Of a DNA stretch of 24,169 nt, positions 17,204 through 24,169 are shown piece after piece. Origin of the DNA: Candidatus Thorarchaeota archaeon SMTZ1-45 (GTDB taxonomy: Archaea > Asgardarchaeota > Thorarchaeia > Thorarchaeales > Thorarchaeaceae); the NCBI GenBank assembly GCA_001563335.1, contig LRSL01000023.1, positions 1 through 24,169 of the forward strand. The letters run 5' to 3'. Both the position numbers and the translations under genes were made by a program. Each line of letters begins with the position of its first letter. Position 1 is the stretch's first letter. The notes beneath the pieces were generated by a model, which was given only the letters and a program-made list of their open reading frames with translations, ran no database searches and was not told the DNA's origin.

Positions 17204-17878
17204 ATGAGTCCGGTCAAGATTGCTGCTGTAGCAGATGTCCATAGTCCACGATTTCTCGACGATTTCAAAAACGCTCTTTCCAATTGTACTCCACCTGATC
17301 TCTTACTTTTTGCAGGTGATATGATCAGTCATGGCAAAGCAGAGGAATACATCAATGTCTTAGATGTTGTAGACTCTGAGTTGGGTTCTGGTTTCCCAAT
17401 CATTGCTTGTTTTGGGAATGAGGACCCCGTAGAGATAAGTGATGAAATTCAATTCAATATAAAAGATAGACTAGTTTTCTTGGATGAAGAATTAATCACA
17501 CTCTCATTAACTGATTATCAAATCACAGTAGTTGGAATATCTTCAGTCAGTTCTGAGTTGTATGAAGCTCAATCAAAAGATATTGCAGAAATACGAGCCA
17601 ACTTTGAGGATCGTTCATTACGTGTTTCAAAACTTCTTCAAGATGCATCCAAGGCTTCGGACCTTGTCGTTCTTTTGATGCACTTCAGTCCGCTTCTTGA
17701 GAATATTTCTGCCGAGTTCTCGTGGTGGATATCAAAAGCAGTGGAAAAAGCTCCACCTAATCTGATTGTTCATGGTCATGTCCATGACTCAATAAGAACT
17801 AAGATAAAGATAGGGTCCACGATTATTAGAAACGTAGCCCTTCCTGCAACTCATTTCGTCACAGAACTACTTTTTTGA
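17204..17878 (+). CDS. Calcineurin-like metallophosphoesterase (copy 2, tandem paralogue)
   Basis: Motifs 'ADVH', 'AGDMIS', 'FGNED', 'MHFSP' and 'HGHVH'. It shares 'VADVHSPR' and 'IGSTIIRNVALPA' with copy 1. ATG 17204 aligns with the copy-1 start (the ORF track gives TTG 17198). Confidence 0.85.
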   Translation: MSPVKIAAVADVHSPRFLDDFKNALSNCTPPDLLLFAGDMISHGKAEEYINVLDVVDSELGSGFPIIACFGNEDPVEISDEIQFNIKDRLVFLDEELITLSLTDYQITVVGISSVSSELYEAQSKDIAEIRANFEDRSLRVSKLLQDASKASDLVVLLMHFSPLLENISAEFSWWISKAVEKAPPNLIVHGHVHDSIRTKIKIGSTIIRNVALPATHFVTELLF

Positions 17879-18309
17879 TCTTTCTTCAAGTCATGTCCTG
17901 TGACTTTCATCGTGGGCTCAAACTTGTACCCGTATACAATGACCCCACCGTGTCCAAACTCCTTGATTTTTCGGAAGCACGCCCGAACTCGCATCCCGAT
18001 TTTCACATCTTCTGGGTCAACATTGACAATCTGAGCAGTAAGTCGAGTTCCTTCATCAAGCTCAACCTGGGCTATCACATATGGGATTTGTCGTTTGAAA
18101 TCCTCTGGTGCTTGGCGTACTATGGCGAACGAATAAATCGAACCAAGTCCCTTAAACTGATAATCAACAAGTCTACCTTTTCGCCGACATTCTGGACAAA
18201 CAGGTCTCGGTGGGAAATAGAAGGTTTTACATGTTTCACATTTGTTCCCCTGAATATTATAGATTGATCTGATTCTTCTCCAGACTCCAGCTACTCCTTG
18301 TTCAGCCAT
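17851..18309 (-). CDS. DUF35 Zn-ribbon/OB-fold scaffold protein of the thiolase-HMGS complex
   Basis: 'CETC...FPPRPVCPEC' zinc ribbon followed by an OB fold ('PYVIAQVELDEG', 'IGMRV', 'YGYKF'). Third gene of the operon. Confidence 0.92.
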   Translation of the reverse strand: MAEQGVAGVWRRIRSIYNIQGNKCETCKTFYFPPRPVCPECRRKGRLVDYQFKGLGSIYSFAIVRQAPEDFKRQIPYVIAQVELDEGTRLTAQIVNVDPEDVKIGMRVRACFRKIKEFGHGGVIVYGYKFEPTMKVTGHDLKKDQKSSSVTK

Positions 18310-18315
18310 TTTTCT

Positions 18316-19476
18316 TCATCTCCCAAGAATGTGCACAATTGATGTTGCCCCTGTACCGCCTATATTAACTGCAAGTGCTTTTTCTGCCCCATCAACTTGC
18401 CGTTTCTCAGCATCACCTCGAAGTTGGAGTGCTAGCTCTACTATCTGCGCTACACCTGTCGCCCCAACTGGATGACCTCTCGCCTTAAGCCCTCCAGAGG
18501 TGTTGACGGGAAATTTACCGCCAATCTCAGTGATGCCTTCATCCAATGCTTTTCCACCTTCTCCTTTCTTAGCAATTCCTACATCCTCAGTGAGGATGAT
18601 TTCGCCAATGGAAAAGCTATCGTGAAGCTCAAACACATCTATATCTGTAATTTCTAGCATTGCTTCTTGCAGTGCTGATCTTGTCGATTTTATAACAGCA
18701 TCCATCCTGGTGATGGATGGTCGATCATGAAGCGCTAATGTATCGCTATTTTGTTCAGAAGCTTCGATATACACTGGAGTGTCAGTGTACTTCTTTGCAA
18801 GATCTTCACTACACATTACGAGCCCAGCAGCTCCATCAGTAATTGGCGCTGAGTGAAGAACTCTTAGCGGATCGGCAAGGAGACCAGAATTCATAACCAC
18901 CCCGATGGGCACTGGGCGTTGGAACTGAGCCCAAGGATTATGGGCTGCATTAGCATGATTCTTTACTGTTGGCTTTGCAAGTTGCTCCTCAGTCGTTCCA
19001 TATTCCATCATGTGCCTACGCGCCATAAATGCATAGAGTGCTGGAAATGTAGCTCCAAACATGCCCTCCCATTCCCAGTCAGCAGCAACTGAGATTGTGT
19101 TCATAGCTTCTGTCTGGTTAACATCACTCATCTTTTCAGTACCAAGGACAAGCATTACTTTATGTTCTCCAGACTTGATAGCCATGTACGCATGTCTAAC
19201 AGCAGCGCCTCCACTTGCACATGCAGCCTCCACACTATATGCTGGCATATCACCAAGTCCACCCATATCCGCAGCTTGAGCACCTAGATGTTCTTGACCT
19301 GTGAATCTCCCTGCGCTCATGTTTCCAATTACTATACCATCAATATCCGCCCCACGAACTCCAGAGTCAAAGATTGCATACATACCAGCTTCTAACGTGA
19401 TATCTCTAAGGTTCTGATCCCACAGCTCGCCAAATTTATTCATTCCAACTCCAATAATAGCTACTCTATTACTCAT
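18316..19476 (-). CDS. Archaeal acetoacetyl-CoA thiolase (mevalonate pathway)
   Basis: Catalytic 'EAACASG', 'ELHDSF', 'GHPVGATG' and 'NIGG'. RBS GGAGGTG upstream. Lies between HMGS and DUF35. Confidence 0.93.
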   Translation of the reverse strand: MSNRVAIIGVGMNKFGELWDQNLRDITLEAGMYAIFDSGVRGADIDGIVIGNMSAGRFTGQEHLGAQAADMGGLGDMPAYSVEAACASGGAAVRHAYMAIKSGEHKVMLVLGTEKMSDVNQTEAMNTISVAADWEWEGMFGATFPALYAFMARRHMMEYGTTEEQLAKPTVKNHANAAHNPWAQFQRPVPIGVVMNSGLLADPLRVLHSAPITDGAAGLVMCSEDLAKKYTDTPVYIEASEQNSDTLALHDRPSITRMDAVIKSTRSALQEAMLEITDIDVFELHDSFSIGEIILTEDVGIAKKGEGGKALDEGITEIGGKFPVNTSGGLKARGHPVGATGVAQIVELALQLRGDAEKRQVDGAEKALAVNIGGTGATSIVHILGR

Positions 19477-19491
19477 AATTACACCTCCATG

Positions 19492-20529
19492 TCAGTCTTT
19501 GATTTTCCGCCGGTATTTGGCATATATTGAATAATCAACATACGTCTTCCGTTCAATATAATCATCGACGGTTGGTACTTCTCCTCGTCTATCCTCAATA
19601 GCATCCTCAACAGTTATTGAGAATGCATCGCTTCCTGCTCCAGAACCATATGCAACCATGAATATCCTGGATTCAGGCTTAGCAATATCAAGAATTCTGG
19701 CTAGTCCAATCATGGCTGAACCTGAGTAGGTATTTCCAATATAACGAACAACAAGACTATCCTCTAGCTTCTCAGGTGGGACATTGAGTTCTGCTCCCAT
19801 TGCTAATGGGAATTTGCCATTTGGCATGTGAAAGACAAAGTAATCGTAGTCATCAACAGTTGTATTTGTTTTCTTGAAGAGTGATTTTGCACCTTCACCA
19901 ACATGTCTAAAGTATGCTGGCTCTCCTGTGAATCGTGCACCGTGGCTTGGGAAGTCTTCTCCTTCGCGTCTCCAGAAGTCTGGGGTGTCAGTTGTGAACG
20001 ATACTGTTTCGTTTATCGTTGCGATGATATTTTTCATACCAATTAGAAATGCAGCTCCGCCTGCAGCAGCGGAATATTCCAATGCATCTCCAGGTCTCCC
20101 CTGTGCTGTATCAGAACCAATTGCCAGCCCAATCTTAATCATCTTAGACTTGACAAGACCCATAGTTGTTTGTATTGCTGCAGTTCCTGCCTTACAAGCA
20201 AATTCATAGTCTGCGCATGTCATGTCATGAGAACAACCAATAGCTTCTGCCACAATAGTGCCCGTTGGTTTGACAGCATAAGGATGAGACTCAGAACCTA
20301 CGTAAATTGCACCAATGTCTGTGGGATCAATTTGAGCTCTTTTTACTGCATTACGCGCCGCCTCAACTGAAATAGTAGCCACATCTTCATCAGGTCCTGG
20401 AACAGACTTCTCAAAGACACCAAGTCCTTTTCCTATTCTTGCGCTATCTTCACCCCAGACTTCTGCAATGTCTGAAGTTTTGATTCGATAGCGTGGTACG
20501 TACACTCCATAACCAACAATACCAACCAT
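19492..20529 (-). CDS. Hydroxymethylglutaryl-CoA synthase (archaeal type)
   Basis: '[11 protein letters not shown]', catalytic 'FACKAGT', 'FHMPNGKFP', 'GNTYSGS' and 'YGSGAGSD'. Confidence 0.95.
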   Translation of the reverse strand: MVGIVGYGVYVPRYRIKTSDIAEVWGEDSARIGKGLGVFEKSVPGPDEDVATISVEAARNAVKRAQIDPTDIGAIYVGSESHPYAVKPTGTIVAEAIGCSHDMTCADYEFACKAGTAAIQTTMGLVKSKMIKIGLAIGSDTAQGRPGDALEYSAAAGGAAFLIGMKNIIATINETVSFTTDTPDFWRREGEDFPSHGARFTGEPAYFRHVGEGAKSLFKKTNTTVDDYDYFVFHMPNGKFPLAMGAELNVPPEKLEDSLVVRYIGNTYSGSAMIGLARILDIAKPESRIFMVAYGSGAGSDAFSITVEDAIEDRRGEVPTVDDYIERKTYVDYSIYAKYRRKIKD

Positions 20530-20635
20530 GATTATATCCTCAATAAATCGTTAATTGTCGAATTCATATACGTCGCTAGTCTACGTATTATTCTAAGCAT
20601 GTGGTTCCAAGCCCCATATGAAGCTTATTGTTTAC

Positions 20636-20686
20636 CCTCTGAAGGAAATACGACATTCAACGAATGTTGACCTATTCCTTTGGAGG
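20636..20686 (+). other. Long intergenic stem-loop (candidate structured RNA)
   Basis: CCTCTGAAGGAA (20636-20647) pairs with TTCCTTTGGAGG (20675-20686). CGACATTC pairs with GAATGTTG around an AAC loop. Three G-U wobbles form only on the + strand. Confidence 0.45.
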
Positions 20687-20826
20687 ATGCCGATAAATTC
20701 GAGTATCAGTAGCCACTATTTATGAGTAACGACGGTCCATCGATGATTTCTTTTGGACGAATAATGCCTCAAAAAATGTTTGATGCCACGGAGATTAACC
20801 CTATAAGGTAGTAAGAGAATTATGCA

Positions 20827-21033
20827 ATGGTGAAAGTTTTGTCTGACACAATCAGTAAGACTCGAATCAGGGAGCTCATCGTTACAGAACCGAAGACGGT
20901 AGCTGAACTTCTTTATGAGCTACAACTTTCACACAATCATGTTGTCCTTGTTGCAGGAAAGCGAGCTTCTCTTGACTATTTGATTCAAGAGAATGACAAA
21001 GTTGTTGTTCTACCTCTGATTGCTGGAGGATGA
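20827..21033 (+). CDS. MoaD/ThiS/SAMP-type ubiquitin-like protein
   Basis: 68 aa beta-grasp pattern ('TVAELL', 'VLVAGK', 'IQENDKVVVLPLIAGG') ending in di-glycine. TATA-like CTATAAG at 20801-20807 suggests a leaderless transcript. Confidence 0.88.
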   Translation: MVKVLSDTISKTRIRELIVTEPKTVAELLYELQLSHNHVVLVAGKRASLDYLIQENDKVVVLPLIAGG

Positions 21034-22473
21034 ACTCTTTCGTTTTTCAAGAAACCTACTCACTGTGTCAAACTCTAAACCTCGTGGTTTCTCATTGCTC
21101 CGGATGTTTGGCATGTTTAGCGCATAGGCTATCTCATTGAGTATAGTCTGAACTTCTCTAGATGCCTTCTTCTTGCTCATGACTTTGAATTCATCAATAT
21201 GTTCAATTATGGCATCAAGAAGTACTTTTGAGGAACCAGAACTATATTGAGTTGCACTTTTTGGTGCAAATGCAATCTCTTCTGGAACTCCCATGATTTG
21301 TGCAAGTTCCCTAAAAATGATCTTTCTCTGAGGTTGTCTGGCTAAATCTATCTTCCATTCAATTGGTACCGAAAGGGATGTTCTCACAAACTGATTGTCA
21401 AGGTATGGGAAGAAACTCTCGACTCCATGAGCTGCAATGGCACGATCGTCTCGCTCTATATTTGCTTCATGAGTGATTAGTAGTGCATGCCATAAATGGT
21501 GCATCAGCACATCAGGTCCTTCTTCAATATAGGTCTGCACATGCTTTGCATACCCCGCAAAGAGTTCATCTGGACCTTGACCTGAAACAATTGTCGTGCA
21601 TCCTTTTTCAGACGCCTTCTTTGCAGCTAAATAGAATGGAATTGCTATTTCAACATCCATTTGGTTACTTGTTTCTATGGAATAGATGAGCTCAGGAAGT
21701 ATGTTCCATATCGATTGTGAATTCATCTCTACTAAATGCAGCTGCACTCCGAGCAACTCAGCAGCTTTAGTAGCAGCTAATTTATCATGAGCATCTTTCA
21801 AACAGGAAGTAAAAAGGAACGTATTCTTGCACCTTTTGGCCACCTGGACAGCTGCAAGTGAACTATCAACACCTCCAGAGAACAGAACCCCACAGACTGT
21901 GTCATTTCGAAGTTTTTCAAAAACGCTACGCAATGTTTTCTCTAGTATTACAAGGGTTTCTTCCCGTGAGATATCTTTCCTTGGAGGTTTTTCTAAGGAT
22001 GTGAATCTTTTGGTATCAGTCTTTCCATTCCAAGTCCTGATTAAGCTCTGACCTGGTTGCAGAGTATATACTGATGCAAGACCTATATTCCAGAGACTTT
22101 TCTTCTCCGTTGCAAATACAAAACGATTCTTCAGGATTCCATGATATAGAGTTCTAGTACCATCGAGAGATCTAAACAGATTTACCCCTGAGTTATTAAC
22201 AACGACCCCAACTTCGCCAAAAAGATTGGGAAATGACTCGGTGTTGTATTTCGTTTCTGACTGAATGAGGTCCTCATTCCTATCAATAATCATAAGCTCA
22301 TCATCAAGACTTTGAACGGAGCGAGAGCCCAATATCATGCATTTAGAGTCATTATGTTCCACAGTATGAACTGTTTCACATCTTCTATGCTTGATTGCCT
22401 CAGACATCTTCTGAAGCATAAGCTCTGAATCTTTCTCCTCGTTTGCGACAAGTAAACCAGCAATACCTACCAT
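21010..22473 (-). CDS. Asparagine synthetase B-like ATP-dependent amide ligase with a degenerate glutaminase domain
   Basis: PP-loop 'LFSGGVDSS', 'SGQGPDELFAGY', 'FPYLD' and 'PKSATQY'. The N-terminus is MVGIAG (ATG 22473) instead of MCGIAG. Confidence 0.85.
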   Translation of the reverse strand: MVGIAGLLVANEEKDSELMLQKMSEAIKHRRCETVHTVEHNDSKCMILGSRSVQSLDDELMIIDRNEDLIQSETKYNTESFPNLFGEVGVVVNNSGVNLFRSLDGTRTLYHGILKNRFVFATEKKSLWNIGLASVYTLQPGQSLIRTWNGKTDTKRFTSLEKPPRKDISREETLVILEKTLRSVFEKLRNDTVCGVLFSGGVDSSLAAVQVAKRCKNTFLFTSCLKDAHDKLAATKAAELLGVQLHLVEMNSQSIWNILPELIYSIETSNQMDVEIAIPFYLAAKKASEKGCTTIVSGQGPDELFAGYAKHVQTYIEEGPDVLMHHLWHALLITHEANIERDDRAIAAHGVESFFPYLDNQFVRTSLSVPIEWKIDLARQPQRKIIFRELAQIMGVPEEIAFAPKSATQYSSGSSKVLLDAIIEHIDEFKVMSKKKASREVQTILNEIAYALNMPNIRSNEKPRGLEFDTVSRFLEKRKSSSSSNQR

Positions 22474-22478
22474 GATGT

Positions 22479-22883
22479 TCAACCAGAAGTCTGGACTTCA
22501 TTGAGTAAGACTTCTTTTACACCAGTTATTCCCTGCAATCGATCTTTTAGATTACTGACTTCAACGTTCAGTTGTTTTGGTGTGAAATAGCACTCATAGA
22601 AACACTGATCCGCAGCTTGACAGATTCCGCTTGTGAATAGAATATCTTCAAGACCGACTTCCATGAAGACCATTGTAAGCTCTTCAAGAAAGCTCTTGCT
22701 GAGTTTCTCAATGACAAGCTTGAGATACATAACAGTACTACTGTCAACAGGATACAGCTTGACATTGCCATCCTTGACTACGAGGATTGCCAGTCCATAT
22801 TGCTGACCTATTCTATCAACAAATGCCTCTGGCAAAGTGATTCTATCCCCCTTCTCGATTTTCAGTACTCTTGCCTGCGTCAT
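22479..22883 (-). CDS. Putative regulator: AbrB/MraZ-like N-terminus plus ACT-like C-terminus
   Basis: 'LKIEKGDRITLPEAF' resembles the swapped-hairpin 'kvD.kGRI.lP' motif. The C-terminal beta-alpha-beta-beta-alpha-beta pattern ends 'LQGITGVKEV'. The start is either ATG 22883 or TTG 22898. Confidence 0.55.
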   Translation of the reverse strand: MTQARVLKIEKGDRITLPEAFVDRIGQQYGLAILVVKDGNVKLYPVDSSTVMYLKLVIEKLSKSFLEELTMVFMEVGLEDILFTSGICQAADQCFYECYFTPKQLNVEVSNLKDRLQGITGVKEVLLNEVQTSG

Positions 22884-22972
22884 GTCACCCTTTGTCAATC
22901 AATTCTGCCTCCGAAGAGTCACCTGCCATGATACAATGTGGTGATTATATCTCTTGTGGGAGTGACTAATAA

Positions 22973-24169
22973 TCAGTTTCCACGACGAAACCAGCTACGA
23001 ATTTTTACTAAAGCTTCCATCTCAGGCTTTTCCACGACTCGAAGTGCCCAATTTGTTGCATCAGTGATTGAAAATTCGAGAAAAGCCACCTCTCCTTGCG
23101 AGCGGATTCTCTCCATTTCCTGTAACCTGCCAATTAACCAAGCTTTCTTTGATACTGGCATTCTTGAGGTAGCCATATCAAATAAAGCAGGATGTAGATC
23201 AAAAATCAGGGCTCGTTCTTTCATATATTCAAGAACTCCTTCTTGAAGCGCTTGACTGATTTTTTCTCGATCTGTGAAAAACGATGCAGCCACAGACATG
23301 TTGGTGTATTTTTCTGGAATGTTCAAGGCAAATTTGAATGAACGGTTGAATTTGGATAGATGCGTTGCTGCATCAAGGAAGAGTATAGTTTCTGGTTTCC
23401 CTTCAAACTCATCCTCCGAAATCTCCAAGTGCTGGTCAGTTGCTATCTCTTCTTGGTCAATTACAGATTGAATTAGCTGGTCAGTGACTGGTGGAAGATC
23501 TCCATCTTGGATTGATTCAATGGCCTCATAGGTTAGTGTTTCACTCTCCCATTCTTCCTGTTTCTGCTCCTTCTTTTTTTCTTCTTCCTTCATTTTTGGA
23601 CGCCTATGAGGAGGTATATATCCAATTTCCTCAACTAAGTGCTGAAGAACCAAGGGAAGGAACAGATCATAGAGTGTTCCTCTAGTTTCAAGAATTATCA
23701 AGACTGGTTTGAATGATGCTACAGCTTCAACAAGACCAGATTTGAAGTCTAGTGAATCATCAAAGAACCTTCTGAGTTTCTCTTCTGAGTAGCCTCTATT
23801 CACACGTTCTGTCCACTCTGCATAGACATCCTTTACCTCTTGTTTTCTACGATCTTTTATCATATTCACGAACTTACCTAAATACCGGACTCCTCGAGAG
23901 ACTGCAGTAGCAGGACTGATGAATACTGTCATCATCCCAACTGCTTCACCAGCATAATCGCTGGCTTCTGTATCTCGAATTTTGCCCATGACTTCTTCAG
24001 TTAGGGAGGGAGGACCAAGTTTCTCAACAAGTATTTCGATCATCCCTGCAAAGTCCTCAAAAGAAGCATCACCTGGACCAATTCTTTCACCCACTGGTGA
24101 TGCATCAGATAGGACCTCTGCGAATACATTGGGTCTTTTCACAAGCCAATCAAGAGGAACTCTAATTGA
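22973..24169 (-). CDS. Hypothetical protein, 5'-truncated, with a central charged/acidic linker
   Basis: The frame is open to the window edge (TCA ATT AGA GTT CCT CTT GAT TGG CTT GTG...), giving at least 398 codons. No family recognised. Contains the low-complexity segment 'KEEEKKKEQKQEEWESE...'. Confidence 0.7.
   Translation of the reverse strand, partial: SIRVPLDWLVKRPNVFAEVLSDASPVGERIGPGDASFEDFAGMIEILVEKLGPPSLTEEVMGKIRDTEASDYAGEAVGMMTVFISPATAVSRGVRYLGKFVNMIKDRRKQEVKDVYAEWTERVNRGYSEEKLRRFFDDSLDFKSGLVEAVASFKPVLIILETRGTLYDLFLPLVLQHLVEEIGYIPPHRRPKMKEEEKKKEQKQEEWESETLTYEAIESIQDGDLPPVTDQLIQSVIDQEEIATDQHLEISEDEFEGKPETILFLDAATHLSKFNRSFKFALNIPEKYTNMSVAASFFTDREKISQALQEGVLEYMKERALIFDLHPALFDMATSRMPVSKKAWLIGRLQEMERIRSQGEVAFLEFSITDATNWALRVVEKPEMEALVKIRSWFRRGN

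Noticed and set aside
20599-20712. Small ORF MWFQ...NEC-UGA-PIPL... as a possible Cys-Sec selenopeptide
   Set aside because: There is no RBS and no selenoprotein motif. The nearby stem-loop lacks a convincing SECIS core (AUGA/GA quartet or archaeal GAA/A bulge).
20722-20811. 29-codon ORF in frame upstream of the ubiquitin-like gene (possible RiPP precursor or N-terminal extension)
   Set aside because: It is closed by TAG TAA, overlaps the probable TATA box, and shows no lasso-precursor pattern.
22973-24169. Walker-B-like strings (PVLIILE, TILFLD) suggesting another degenerate ATPase
   Set aside because: No P-loop or other supporting motifs are visible. Hydrophobic strands ending in an acidic residue are common.
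1-24169. tRNA, rRNA, CRISPR array, transposase or integrase
   Set aside because: Intergenic gaps are short (maximum about 297 nt). I saw no cloverleaf, regularly spaced repeats or recombinase motifs.

Overview
Gene-dense archaeal chromosomal segment. Archaeal origin is supported by the HMG-CoA synthase/thiolase/DUF35 operon, a DUF359-type dephospho-CoA kinase, a SAMP-like ubiquitin-fold protein and GGAGGTG/GGTG ribosome-binding sites. An Asgard (Thorarchaeota-like) origin is my inference and is not demonstrated. There are 21 credible CDSs, with both terminal ones truncated by the window. No rRNA, tRNA, CRISPR array or mobile element is visible. The most striking feature is a tightly coupled three-gene minus-strand unit: a classical-clade AAA protein with every catalytic motif degenerate, a full-length SMC with Smc5/6-like sequence features, and a ScpA-like kleisin. 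No KITE/ScpB gene lies in the window. Other notable items: a MoxR ATPase with a four-Cys insert paired with a HEXXH-metallopeptidase/vWA protein; NfnAB; Nnr; a PPAT-DPCK fusion; tandem metallophosphoesterases with GNE in place of GNH; an AsnB-like enzyme lacking the N-terminal catalytic Cys, convergently overlapping a ubiquitin-like gene; hairpins at all three non-overlapping convergent junctions; and two candidate structured RNAs. All calls come from motif reading only, and no database searches were run.
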